Source: Pseudomonadota bacterium (GTDB lineage Bacteria; Pseudomonadota; Gammaproteobacteria; Burkholderiales; REEB80). From it: a stretch of DNA of 64,000 bases. Of this stretch, positions 30,870 through 40,231 are shown in pieces. The translations under genes and the position numbers were made by a program. The first letter of the stretch is position 1; each line of letters begins with the position of its first letter. The DNA lies in contig JAGWIG010000003.1 in assembly GCA_028873515.1 (NCBI GenBank), positions 64,092 through 128,091 on the forward strand, read 5' to 3'. The notes under the pieces were generated by a model, which did no database searches, had not been told where the DNA came from, and saw nothing but the letters and a program-made list of their open reading frames with translations.

Positions 30870-31128
30870 GGCTAGTGTAGACTATATCCTGGTACCCTGA
30901 TGCAGGGGCTAGCCAATCCTATTGCCATTTTGGATTCCTTGGCCGTTAAAATCACCACTTTTACCCAGCAAGATATAGGCAACAGGTACTGGCCATTGAC
31001 CGAGATAGCACTATGCATTAGAGTACAGCCTAATTTTGGCTGCTGTGGGAAGTGTATCTGTTCTTTTCGCTGGCAGTTTGGTTATTATTATAAGACTCAA
31101 TTAAATCAAAATAAATTAAGAGAGACAC

Positions 31129-31455
31129 ATGAAAAAACCTGCTTTTTTTTGCGTGCTGCTTTGTGGTCTGCTGACGATCGCGGCTAATCTGGCTTATGCC
31201 GCAGGCGACCCCGTTGCTGGCCAGATGAAAAAATCCATGTGCGCTGGTTGTCATGGCATCCCCGGCTACCGTGTAGCCTATCCTGAAGTCTATAATGTGC
31301 CAAAGCTTGGTGGTCAGCATGCTGCATATATCATCAAGGCGTTGCAGGAGTATAAATCAGGTCAGCGTGTTTTTCCGACCATGCATGCCATTGCATCAAG
31401 TCTGTCTGATCAGGATATGGCTGATTTGGCAGCTTATTATGCTCAGGCTAAATAA
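31129..31455 (+). CDS. monoheme class I cytochrome c (c4-domain-like)
   Basis: A signal peptide, a single CAGCH motif, GGQHAAYIIKALQEYKSGQR and a distal Met in PTMH. Confidence 0.85.
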   Translation: MKKPAFFCVLLCGLLTIAANLAYAAGDPVAGQMKKSMCAGCHGIPGYRVAYPEVYNVPKLGGQHAAYIIKALQEYKSGQRVFPTMHAIASSLSDQDMADLAAYYAQAK

Positions 31456-31468
31456 AAACGGGGAAGGA

Positions 31469-31804
31469 ATGACAATGACTAAATTTATTAAGTTGCTGTG
31501 GATTGTTGCTCTTGCTGCTTTTGCTGGCCAGGCTCTTGCATCAGGAAATGCAGAGGCAGGCAAGGCCAAATTCGAGGCAACCTGTGCGGCGTGTCATGGT
31601 AGCGGTGGCCATAGCACCAATGACATGTTCCCGGTTCTGGCTGGTCAGCATGCAAGCTATATTGTTCATGCTTTACATGCCTATCAAGCCGGTACACGGC
31701 ATAATCCCATCATGCGTGGCATGGCTGCAGGACTTTCTGACCAGGACATTCTGAATATTGCGGCCTATCTTTCAGGACAAACTGAACTTGTAACAAAATA
31801 CTAA
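31469..31804 (+). CDS. monoheme class I cytochrome c (c4-domain-like), paralogue of preceding gene
   Basis: A signal peptide, CAACH, AGQHASYIVHALHAYQAGTR and PIMRGM. ATG 31469 follows GGGGAAGG. The 31295 ORF start is rejected. Confidence 0.85.
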   Translation: MTMTKFIKLLWIVALAAFAGQALASGNAEAGKAKFEATCAACHGSGGHSTNDMFPVLAGQHASYIVHALHAYQAGTRHNPIMRGMAAGLSDQDILNIAAYLSGQTELVTKY

Positions 31805-31835
31805 CCGGTCAGGAACGGGGTGTTCCGGTTTTTTT
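31803..31835 (+). terminator. GC hairpin + T7 run after the cytochrome pair (lies inside 3' end of convergent gene)
   Basis: AACCGG...GGAAC-GGGGT-GTTCC/CCGGTT followed by TTTTTTT. Confidence 0.45.
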
Positions 31836-32252
31836 ATCAAGGCAGGACAGATAGATTAAGGCATCGGGTGATGTCCGGTTTTTTTGTGCCTGCCATATCA
31901 TTTCTCCAAGACAGTCCAGTATTTCATGCTGGGCCAGATGTTCGTCACCCAGTTTTGAAACCAGTTGTTCATAGATGGAACGAATTCCATCTGGCTGGTT
32001 TATTGCGAGTTGTTCCTCGATTGCAAGGTGCATGGACAGGTGCAGGAAGGGGTTGGTTTCCCCATTTTCCGGTAGCCATTCGCGCTCAATGTTGCTTTCA
32101 GGGTTTTCCAGCCATGCCTGATATTCAGGGTGTTCCTGAATAATGGTGGCAATCATTGACTCCATTCCATCAAGAGGTTGATTTTCACGTGCCTTTTGCC
32201 ATGTTTCACAGAAGTATCGTCGTGTGTCAGCTCGTTCGGGGTTGAACATCAA
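31809..32252 (-). CDS. DUF1841-family protein
   Basis: 147 aa. The pattern RRYFCETWQK...NPFLHLSMHLAIEEQL matches my memory of DUF1841. Its start overlaps the nth stop (ATGA). Confidence 0.6.
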   Translation of the reverse strand: MMFNPERADTRRYFCETWQKARENQPLDGMESMIATIIQEHPEYQAWLENPESNIEREWLPENGETNPFLHLSMHLAIEEQLAINQPDGIRSIYEQLVSKLGDEHLAQHEILDCLGEMIWQAQKNRTSPDALIYLSCLDKKTGTPRS

Positions 32253-32908
32253 TCTTGTCCTGTTGATTGCCTGTTGAGGAATGATTTCGCCGGATATTCA
32301 CATAGATCATTTATGATACAGTGGAGGCAGTCAGGAAGGCGTGCCTTGCAGACATAACGGCCATGAAGAATGAGTAGATGATGTGCGTCATGGATATATT
32401 CCCTGGGTGTAACCTTTGCAAGCTTGTCCTCAACTTCCCTGACTGTTTTCCCCCGGGCAAGACCAGTTCGATTTGCGACACGGAAAATATGGGTGTCCAC
32501 ACCGATGGTCGCTTCTCCGAAAGCTGTGTTAAGAACCACATTGGCTGTTTTACGACCGACCCCGGGGAGGGCCTCCAGTTCTTTTCTTGTGGTTGGTACC
32601 GATCCATGATACTGAGACTGGATAATTTTGCAGGTAGCCAGGATGTGGCGTGCTTTGGTGCGATAATAATTAAGGGATCGGAGGTACTCTTCCAGCTTCT
32701 CCAGGCCTAACTCAAGTAAACCCTGAGGGGTATTTGCAATACTGAACAGCACACTGGTGACCTTGTTGACACTCCTGTCAGAAGCCTGTGCGGAGAGCAT
32801 GACTGCAATCAGGAGCTCGAAGGGGTTGCCATGGATCAGTTCAGTGGTAGGATTTGGGGTGGCTTGGGCAAGACGGGAGAAGATCTCAAGACGCATGGTA
32901 GTATTCAT
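32249..32908 (-). CDS. nth: endonuclease III
   Basis: HhH-GPD ([13 protein letters not shown]) and the C-terminal cluster [17 protein letters not shown] (C-X6-C-X2-C-X5-C). Confidence 0.95.
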   Translation of the reverse strand: MNTTMRLEIFSRLAQATPNPTTELIHGNPFELLIAVMLSAQASDRSVNKVTSVLFSIANTPQGLLELGLEKLEEYLRSLNYYRTKARHILATCKIIQSQYHGSVPTTRKELEALPGVGRKTANVVLNTAFGEATIGVDTHIFRVANRTGLARGKTVREVEDKLAKVTPREYIHDAHHLLILHGRYVCKARLPDCLHCIINDLCEYPAKSFLNRQSTGQD

Positions 32909-33597
32909 GATTTGATTTTTTTCCCGTTTGCTTCGTCAGGTTCTGTCCGGCATTCGAGTTGGGATTGACGCGTTTTTGCTCTTTCAATAGCGGTCTTAAT
33001 CAAGTCTGCATGGGCTGTTTTCTGGTCCGGCAGGGATTTTTCCTGTCGGGATTCCATGCGTTGTCGTTTTTCCGCCTCAATTTTCTGAAATCTAAGACTG
33101 TGGGCAAGATGGCGTCTTCTCGCCAGATCCCGGTCATATATGAGGGTTTCTACAGGATACATGCTGATGCAGTCGACCGGACAGGGCGCAAGACATAATT
33201 CACACCCCGTACATTCCTGGCTAATGATGGTGTGCATCTGTTTTGCTGCCCCGATTATTGCATCAACCGGGCAAGCCTTTATGCACAATGTACATCCGAT
33301 ACATGTCAATTCATCGATTTTCGCTTTGGCTGGAGGTTTGGGTACCCCATGAGACGGATCAAGTGGTTTGACCTTTCTTTGCAGGAGATGGGCAAGCCGG
33401 ACTACTCCCTGCTGCCCACCTGGAGGGCACTGGTTGATATCGGCCCTGCCTTCGGCAATCGCTTCGGCATAAGGTCGACAGCCGGGGAAGCTGCACTGGC
33501 CGCATTGCGTCTGTGGCAATATCCCATCAATTCGATCGGCAAGTGAATTCTGCCGGTTTTGTCGGAGTCGGTTCCAGAAAAAGGCGGACATGATCAC
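32905..33597 (-). CDS. RnfB/RsxB-like Fe-S ferredoxin without membrane anchor
   Basis: The N-terminal cluster [15 protein letters not shown]...NQCPPGG plus [12 protein letters not shown] and [12 protein letters not shown]. It has a charged C-terminal tail and its stop overlaps the nth start. Confidence 0.8.
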   Translation of the reverse strand: MIMSAFFWNRLRQNRQNSLADRIDGILPQTQCGQCSFPGCRPYAEAIAEGRADINQCPPGGQQGVVRLAHLLQRKVKPLDPSHGVPKPPAKAKIDELTCIGCTLCIKACPVDAIIGAAKQMHTIISQECTGCELCLAPCPVDCISMYPVETLIYDRDLARRRHLAHSLRFQKIEAEKRQRMESRQEKSLPDQKTAHADLIKTAIERAKTRQSQLECRTEPDEANGKKIKS

Positions 33598-33654
33598 TAA
33601 TCATAAAGGGTAACTGAAAGAGCATTATACTATTTCTTCATGCCCAGATGATTA

Positions 33655-34701
33655 TTATGGCTGGCATGTATTTCCAGCACAAGTGGAGGAATGGGCCAGG
33701 CAGCATGATATCTGGTTTATCAGGCAAGGGCCTTTATATATCAGCCCGGTATAAACCTGTACCAGTGTGGCCCCGGCACTTATTCTTGTCTTTGCATCCG
33801 ACCCTGAGGCAATCCCTCCAGCTGCGATGATGGGCAAACTGCCCTGAAGCATTTCATTGAGCCTGATGAGGGTGGCCTGTGCTTTTTCCTTTAATGGGGT
33901 ACCGCTCAATCCTCCATTTTCCTTGGCAAGGCGCGAGTTTTTAATGCTGGAGTGATCCAGGGTGGTATTGGTCGCAATGACCGCTGAAACAGGATGGTTA
34001 AGTAGGCTTTTGGCCAGGTATTCTATGGCCATGCTGTCGAGATCGGGAGAAATTTTTACTGCGAGGGGTACTTTTTTCATCCATGTTTTTGATAGGATTT
34101 CAGCACGCCTACATATTCCGTCCAGCAATGAGTCAAGTTTTTGGCCATGCTGAAGACTCCTCAGATCCTGTGTATTGGGAGAAGAGATATTAATGGCAAT
34201 GTAATCAGCGACGGAATAGACCCTGTCAAGACAGGTCAGGTAGTCATCAAGGGCATTTTCAATGGGTGTATCCATGTTTTTGCCAATGTTGATTCCTAAT
34301 ATTCCGGAGTAATGGGATCGAGAGACATTGGTGACCAGGTTATCTACCCCCTCATTATTGAAGCCCATGCGGTTGATCAGTGCCTGTTGATCGGGAATCC
34401 TGAAAAGTCTCGGTTTTGGATTGCCGGGCTGTTTTCTGGGGGTGACCGTGCCTATCTCGATAAAACCAAAACCTAGAAGGGCAAGGGCATCGATATAGGC
34501 TCCATTCTTGTCAAACCCGGCAGCAAGTCCAACGCGATTGGGAAAGCGTAATCCCATGCATTCCACTGGATTCTCGGGGGGCTGTTTCAGGATAAGCCGG
34601 CCTAATCCACTACGTTCAGCGAGTGCGAGTGACCTAAGGCTGACCTTATGTGCCATCTCAGGCCGCAGAATAAAGAGAAGGTTCCGAAGCAGACTGTACA
34701 T
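33655..34701 (-). CDS. pyrD: dihydroorotate dehydrogenase (quinone), class 2
   Basis: GLAAGFDKNG, IEIGTVTPRKQPGNPKPRLFR and a GGIASG-type C-terminus. The start was moved to 34701 (MYSLL...) so it does not overlap the upstream gene. Confidence 0.93.
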   Translation of the reverse strand: MYSLLRNLLFILRPEMAHKVSLRSLALAERSGLGRLILKQPPENPVECMGLRFPNRVGLAAGFDKNGAYIDALALLGFGFIEIGTVTPRKQPGNPKPRLFRIPDQQALINRMGFNNEGVDNLVTNVSRSHYSGILGINIGKNMDTPIENALDDYLTCLDRVYSVADYIAINISSPNTQDLRSLQHGQKLDSLLDGICRRAEILSKTWMKKVPLAVKISPDLDSMAIEYLAKSLLNHPVSAVIATNTTLDHSSIKNSRLAKENGGLSGTPLKEKAQATLIRLNEMLQGSLPIIAAGGIASGSDAKTRISAGATLVQVYTGLIYKGPCLINQISCCLAHSSTCAGNTCQP

Positions 34702-34705
34702 GATG

Positions 34706-36082
34706 TTAAAAGACCAGCTCTTTATCCGGAGAAAACTGTGCCATGACGGCACGGAATGAATCCTGAATTTCTGTCAGGGCAGAAAGGCTGTCTGCCTCAA
34801 AACGCAGAACCAGTACCGGTGTCGTATTTGATGCGCGGATAAGCCCGAAGCCATCTGGATATTCCACTCTTAAACCATCCAGCCTACAGATGTCGTCCGC
34901 ACCGGGGAATACGGCTTTATCCTGGAGTTTCCTGATGAATTTCGATGGTTCCCCCTCAAGCATCGGAATGTTGATTTCAGGAGTACTGACAGCGTCGGGC
35001 AGGGTATTGAAAATGGTCTCGGCGTCGTTAGACAGCGACAGGATTTCAAGCAGTCTGCATCCGGCATATAGACCATCATCAAAACCGTACCACCGTTCCT
35101 TAAAAAAGAAATGCCCGCTCATTTCTCCAGCGAGTTCGGCTCCGGTTTCTTTCATTCGGGCCTTGATAAAGGAATGGCCAGTTTTGCACATCTCGGAATT
35201 ACCGCCATGATGCCTGATCCAGGGAGAAAGGTTTCGAGTCGATTTTACATCAAAAAGGATAGTTGCTCCGGGTTTTCGGGAGAGCAGGTCTTTGGCAAAC
35301 AGCATGAGTAGCCTGTCGGCATAGATAATTTTTCCTGTCGAGGTGACTACACCCAGCCTGTCACCGTCTCCATCGAAGGCCAGTCCGATGTCTGCGCCGG
35401 ATTCAGTGACAGCCTCAGCCAGATCCCGGAGGTTCTCAGGTTTGGATGGATCAGGATGATGGTTAGGAAAATGGCCATCTACTTCACAGAAAATCTCAGT
35501 GACCTCTGCACCCAGGCTCCGGTACAGATTTCCGGCAAAGGCACCGGCTACACCATTTCCACAGTCGATGATGATGTGTAAAGGGCGGGCAAGACGGATA
35601 TCCTGACTGATCCTGTTTTCGTAGGCATCATTGATCTCCTGGTGGTAGAGTGTGCCTGCACCCTGGGTTAGGCTGTTTGCAGCGATTCGTCGATAGAGGC
35701 CCTGAATACGATCTCCTGACAGGGTGTCCCCTGCGAGCATCATTTTGAGCCCATTGTATTCAGGAGGATTGTGACTGCCCGTAACCATGATGCCGCTTCC
35801 TGTCTGAAGCAGGTGCGTAGCAAAATAGAGCATGGGGGTTGGGACCATGCCGATGTCAATGACATTGACTCCACTAGCAAGGATCCCGTTTGTTAATGAT
35901 TCTGAAAGTACAGGCCCGGACAGGCGCCCATCCCTTGCGATGACAATACTGTTGATGCCGAGCTCCATGGCTTCAGAACCGATTGCCTGGCCTATGTCCC
36001 TGACATTTTCGGGGGTCAGTTCGGTTTGGACTATGCCCCGGATGTCGTAAGCCTTAAAAATGGATTTTGGCAGTCCGCTCAT
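34706..36082 (-). CDS. algC: phosphomannomutase/phosphoglucomutase
   Basis: KAYDIRG, the phosphoserine loop TGSHNPPEYNG, the Mg site FDGDGDR, and GEMSGH. Confidence 0.9.
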   Translation of the reverse strand: MSGLPKSIFKAYDIRGIVQTELTPENVRDIGQAIGSEAMELGINSIVIARDGRLSGPVLSESLTNGILASGVNVIDIGMVPTPMLYFATHLLQTGSGIMVTGSHNPPEYNGLKMMLAGDTLSGDRIQGLYRRIAANSLTQGAGTLYHQEINDAYENRISQDIRLARPLHIIIDCGNGVAGAFAGNLYRSLGAEVTEIFCEVDGHFPNHHPDPSKPENLRDLAEAVTESGADIGLAFDGDGDRLGVVTSTGKIIYADRLLMLFAKDLLSRKPGATILFDVKSTRNLSPWIRHHGGNSEMCKTGHSFIKARMKETGAELAGEMSGHFFFKERWYGFDDGLYAGCRLLEILSLSNDAETIFNTLPDAVSTPEINIPMLEGEPSKFIRKLQDKAVFPGADDICRLDGLRVEYPDGFGLIRASNTTPVLVLRFEADSLSALTEIQDSFRAVMAQFSPDKELVF

Positions 36083-36099
36083 GCGATTCCTTTTAGGTG

Positions 36100-37074
36100 T
36101 TAGGTCTTTGTATTGCAAAAGTTGATGATGCACTGCGATAACCAGTCAAGTTTACCGGGGAAAGGCCCGCATATGAAGCCTGCATGACCTCCTTCCTCAG
36201 GATAGTAAAGGGTAATGAATGGCGACACCTGGTTTTGGGTTGGAAGGGAAGCAGCCGGCATAAAGGGATCGTTGCGCGCATTGATAATCAGGGTTGGAAG
36301 GGTAATGTAGGGCAGTAATGGCAGGCTGGCTGATTGCCGCCAATAGTCTGTCGCATTCCGAAATCCATGAACAGGGGCTGTGAAAAGATCGTCATACGTG
36401 GCAAGTGTGGTGGCATTCAGAATCGCTTTCGGGCTAATCAGGAGTTGATGGGCTGTAATCTTCTGGATGGCTTTAGGTTTGAGTGTGGCCAGAAAATGGC
36501 GGGCATAAAGGTAACGGTTTAATCCAGTATCTATGGTTCGTGCTGCGGTTTCAAGTGCCATGGGTGCTGAAACGGCTATGGCTTTCTGAATGAATGTGCA
36601 CGCATGGTTCTTTGCTTCACCAAGCCATTTTAACAATACGTTTCCACCAAGTGAAACACCTATTGCAAAGCGGGGGAGGCTGGCGGCCTGGTGGGCGAAC
36701 CAGGACAGTATCCAGTTTACTTCCTCGCTGTCCCCACTATGGTAAGCCCTTGCCTTGATGTTGGCTTTACCGGAGCACCCACGAAAATGCACGACAGCCC
36801 CACTTGCTCCGCTAGCGTGAACGGCCTGCATCAGGCTCAAGGCATAATGTGATTCGGAATTTCCTTCCAGTCCATGGAAAAGAATATACAGCGCTTGAGG
36901 ATGTGGATGGTGATGCCAGGCGATGTCGATAAAATCTCCATCAGGGGTGGGTATCCGTTCCCAGGTGAATGTTAACGGTTCGTTTCGGGCAAACAGGGCC
37001 GGGTAGAGCGTCTGCAGATGACCCCCAGGCAGCCAGGAGGGGGCCTGATAATCAGGATGGGGGATGAATGCCAT
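36100..37074 (-). CDS. alpha/beta hydrolase, YheT-like
   Basis: HGLEGNSESHY and the nucleophile elbow GVSLGGN. The start was moved to 37074 (MAFIPHP...). Confidence 0.75.
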   Translation of the reverse strand: MAFIPHPDYQAPSWLPGGHLQTLYPALFARNEPLTFTWERIPTPDGDFIDIAWHHHPHPQALYILFHGLEGNSESHYALSLMQAVHASGASGAVVHFRGCSGKANIKARAYHSGDSEEVNWILSWFAHQAASLPRFAIGVSLGGNVLLKWLGEAKNHACTFIQKAIAVSAPMALETAARTIDTGLNRYLYARHFLATLKPKAIQKITAHQLLISPKAILNATTLATYDDLFTAPVHGFRNATDYWRQSASLPLLPYITLPTLIINARNDPFMPAASLPTQNQVSPFITLYYPEEGGHAGFICGPFPGKLDWLSQCIINFCNTKT

Positions 37075-38455
37075 TGCCGGAACCTGACTCTGAGAGTAGC
37101 GTGAGCATGGCACGTGCCTTGATCAGGGTTTCCTGGTATTCTTCTTCCAGTGTTGAATCACTGACGATTCCTCCCCCGGCAAAACAGCGTATGACCCCCC
37201 TGCTATAGGTGAGCGTCCGGATTGCGATACTGGTATCCATGTCGCCATTGTAATCAATATAACCTATTGCACCGCAATATACTCCTCTTCGGTGAGGCTC
37301 CAGTTCTTCAATGATTTGCATGGCCCTATGCTTGGGCGCACCCGTTATGGAACCACCTGGAAAGCAGCCGCGGAGAAGATGAAGGGCATCTTTCCCTGAT
37401 GCCAGGGTCCCAGTTACCGTGCTGACCAGATGATGTACGTTGACAAAAGATTCAATACCAAAGAGCAGGGGTACTTTTACACTGCCTGGCAGGCAGTTCT
37501 TATTCAGATCGTTACGAAGCAAATCGACGATCATTAGGTTTTCAGCACGGTCTTTCTGGCTTTCGGCAAGGATTCTGGCGCTGTCTTCATCCAGGACTGG
37601 ATTCGGGGACCGGGGACGCGTACCCTTGATGGGTTTGGTTTCGACCTGTCGATCCCGGACTTTCAGAAGCCGTTCTGGAGATGAACTCAATACTTCCAGT
37701 TGGGGCAGGTGAAGGTAGGCACAAAAAGGGGCAGTATTGAGTGATCTCAGTTTCCTGTACGCATTGAACCCGTCGCCTTCGGCCCTGGCACAGAACCGTT
37801 GGGCGAGATTGACCTGATAACAGTCCCCTTCATTGATGTAGTGCTTGATTTTTCTGAAAGCAGACGCATAACTTTCAGAATCCATGTTTGAAGCAACAGC
37901 TGATGTGGTACGAAACGGGTTAATCCTGCTGGAAGCAGGGCTGTGGAGTTTTTCGAGGATATGTGGCCAGCGGTTTACTGTTCCGGGGTCCTGGCCATGC
38001 AGGATAGCTTTGGCACTACGGGTTTCATGATCTATGACGACAGCCCAGTCATAGATTCCAATTGCCATGTCAGGTATCTGTTCAGCATCGATGGCTAGAC
38101 TGGGCAGGTTTTCTATCCGTCTGCATAAATCATATCCAAAATAACCGATGGCCCCCCCTAGAAAAGGCAGATTGGGAAAACGGTACTGGCTGTGTGGAAT
38201 CAATCCGCGCAGCACTTCGAATGGATCATCCCGGGTTTCTACACGGTGACCATTCTGTTCAATCCGGGTAATGGGTCCATGACATGTGATGGTTGCCCAT
38301 GGAAATGCGGACATGATGTCGTATCGGCTGAATCCAAAATGGCTTTTTGGCTGTCCGCTGTCCAGAAATACGGACCATGGCTCGGCTGAAATGCGGTCAA
38401 ACAATTCAGCAGAGTCTTCAGGATAGGGTAGCTGTACAACACAGGGTTCTATCAT
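37052..38455 (-). CDS. pabB: aminodeoxychorismate synthase component I
   Basis: Colinear with E. coli PabB. Motifs: SPERLL, PIKGTRPR, DRAENLMIVDLLRND, FPGGSITGAPK. Confidence 0.88.
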   Translation of the reverse strand: MIEPCVVQLPYPEDSAELFDRISAEPWSVFLDSGQPKSHFGFSRYDIMSAFPWATITCHGPITRIEQNGHRVETRDDPFEVLRGLIPHSQYRFPNLPFLGGAIGYFGYDLCRRIENLPSLAIDAEQIPDMAIGIYDWAVVIDHETRSAKAILHGQDPGTVNRWPHILEKLHSPASSRINPFRTTSAVASNMDSESYASAFRKIKHYINEGDCYQVNLAQRFCARAEGDGFNAYRKLRSLNTAPFCAYLHLPQLEVLSSSPERLLKVRDRQVETKPIKGTRPRSPNPVLDEDSARILAESQKDRAENLMIVDLLRNDLNKNCLPGSVKVPLLFGIESFVNVHHLVSTVTGTLASGKDALHLLRGCFPGGSITGAPKHRAMQIIEELEPHRRGVYCGAIGYIDYNGDMDTSIAIRTLTYSRGVIRCFAGGGIVSDSTLEEEYQETLIKARAMLTLLSESGSGNGIHPPS

Positions 38456-38481
38456 TGGCTGAGTGAACCTGTTCCTGACGT

Positions 38482-39264
38482 TTACCAGAATTTCCACCAG
38501 TGTTTGCTTGATAATACTTTGGACTGGTCGATAGCCTTGTTATCTGGAAAATTCTGGTTTAAAACTTTGAGACTGTCCGAGGCAAGATGGGTCAATCCGA
38601 GCTTTCGATAGGCCTGGGCAAGCAGGATCATTGCATTTTCAGTCTGGGAGGTTTCAGGGTAGTTGAGCAGGACGTATTTGGCCCGGTTTGCAGCAGCAAC
38701 ACATGCCCCACGGCGCAGGTAGTACCGGCCTACACTGATGTCGTATCTGGCCAGGGAATTAACCAGGAATATGAGACGTTTTTTTGCGTCCGGAGCATAC
38801 CGGCTTTGAGGAAACTGCGTAACCAGGGTCTTGAAAGCAAAAAAGGATGCCTTTGTTTCCTTGGGGTCCCTCAAGGCCATATCCTGGTTTGTCAGACGAT
38901 CGACGAGGCTACGATGGTAGTTGAAGTTGGCCAGTCCCTTGAGGTAATAGGCATAGTCAACATTCTTGTTGTTTGGATGGAGTTTGATGAAGTTGTCACA
39001 GGCGTCACTGGCAGATTGTTCATCGTCTTGCTTGTAGTATGCATATGCAATATCGAGCTGTGCCTGGGTGGCATAGATACCATATGGATATCTTGCCTGA
39101 AGAGTCTGGAATTCTGTGATGGCAGCTGTGTAACTGCCGTCCTGCAGGAGCTTGACGGCATTATTGTAGAGTTCCGAAGCAGAAGCGTTCGGATTGTTGT
39201 CGGTAGGTACGCTAGCACAGCTTGTTAACAGAAGTGCAAGAAAAAAAGCTAGAATAAGACGCAT
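38482..39264 (-). CDS. bamD: outer membrane protein assembly factor BamD
   Basis: The lipobox LLLTSC and TPR-like repeats (YNNAVKLLQDGSY..., AQLDIAYAYY...). Confidence 0.92.
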   Translation of the reverse strand: MRLILAFFLALLLTSCASVPTDNNPNASASELYNNAVKLLQDGSYTAAITEFQTLQARYPYGIYATQAQLDIAYAYYKQDDEQSASDACDNFIKLHPNNKNVDYAYYLKGLANFNYHRSLVDRLTNQDMALRDPKETKASFFAFKTLVTQFPQSRYAPDAKKRLIFLVNSLARYDISVGRYYLRRGACVAAANRAKYVLLNYPETSQTENAMILLAQAYRKLGLTHLASDSLKVLNQNFPDNKAIDQSKVLSSKHWWKFW

Positions 39265-40231
39265 GAGAGAACCTGATCAAAATTTTATCCATTATAACTT
39301 AACTGAAGGGCAATATCAGCTACAGACCCTGAGAGTACCACAAATCCTTTCAGGGTGCCGTCTGGACGTGGCCCTTCAGCGCCTGATGCCAGACTATTCA
39401 CGAAACCGTCTGCAGTCATGGATACGCGCGGACAGGGTAAAAGTCAATGGTGCAACGTTGGGTTCAAGCAATAAAGTTTGGGAAGATGACCTTATTGAAG
39501 TCCTGCCCTTGCCTTTACCTGAGCAGACCGCTTTTGAACCTGAGGCTTTACCTGTTGATATTGTTCATCAGGATACGGGTTTTTTTATTGTCAATAAAAG
39601 GGCAGGACTTGTTGTGCACCCCGGCAGTGGCAATTGGGATGGAACACTTTTGAATGCCTTGCTGCATTACGATCCTGATCTTGCGAAACTCCCCCGTGCG
39701 GGAATAGTGCATAGGCTGGACAAGGATACGAGTGGACTTATGGTCATTGCCAGAACATTGCTTTCCCAAACCAGTCTGGTTCGCCAGATCAAGGCGCGTA
39801 GTATGTCACGTGAATATCTGGCCCTGGTGGAAGGAAAACCTGAAGCACAGGGAATTGTTGATGCTCCCATTGGACGCCATCCTGTCCATCGGACCAGAAT
39901 GACAGTTTCGCAGGGTGGTCGCCCTTCCCGCACATTTTATGAAGTGCTTGAGTCGTTTGCGGGTTGCGCCCTGGTACGTTGCAAGCTGGATACGGGCCGT
40001 ACTCATCAGATTCGGGTACATATGCAGTCCATTGGCCACCCGCTGGTCGGGGATCCGGTTTATGGCAGCCGGACTTCTGGATTTAATGAATTCAGGCGCC
40101 AGGCCCTTCATGCCTATCGATTATCCTTTACTCACCCTGGAAGTGGAGAACAGATTTTCTTTGAAACCCCTATGCCTGCAGATATGCTGGATCTGCTTTC
40201 CGGATTGAAAAAAAACGGCGATGGAGCCTGA
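39263..40231 (+). CDS. rluD: 23S rRNA pseudouridine synthase RluD
   Basis: An S4 domain (CRLDVALQRLMPDYSRNRLQSWI), HRLDKDTSGL and GRTHQIRVH. The only in-frame ATG before the S4 domain is 39263. The alternative start is TTG 39194. Confidence 0.88.
   Translation: MREPDQNFIHYNLTEGQYQLQTLRVPQILSGCRLDVALQRLMPDYSRNRLQSWIRADRVKVNGATLGSSNKVWEDDLIEVLPLPLPEQTAFEPEALPVDIVHQDTGFFIVNKRAGLVVHPGSGNWDGTLLNALLHYDPDLAKLPRAGIVHRLDKDTSGLMVIARTLLSQTSLVRQIKARSMSREYLALVEGKPEAQGIVDAPIGRHPVHRTRMTVSQGGRPSRTFYEVLESFAGCALVRCKLDTGRTHQIRVHMQSIGHPLVGDPVYGSRTSGFNEFRRQALHAYRLSFTHPGSGEQIFFETPMPADMLDLLSGLKKNGDGA

Noticed and set aside
30845-31128. A possible cobalamin riboswitch upstream of the PduO-type adenosyltransferase (and of the BtuF-like gene at 29977-30045).
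   Set aside because: Reading the minus strand I found GGTGATTTTAAC and GGTACCAGGATA. I did not find a convincing B12 box (AGCCAGGAGACCTGCC-like) or the GCCACTG element. The btuF-like upstream gap is only 69 nt, too short. A covariance-model scan would settle it.
31295-31468. The N-terminal 58 codons of the 169-aa ORF 31295-31804.
   Set aside because: They overlap the first cytochrome gene in another frame. The signal peptide and SD show the real start is ATG 31469.
31861-31890. A second CCGGTTTTTTT motif 50 nt downstream of the cytochrome terminator, considered as a tandem terminator.
   Set aside because: The upstream sequence forms only 3-4 bp stems. The similarity to the first motif is explained by two similar K-(K/N)-x-x-(T/S)-P codon runs in DUF1841 on the opposite strand.
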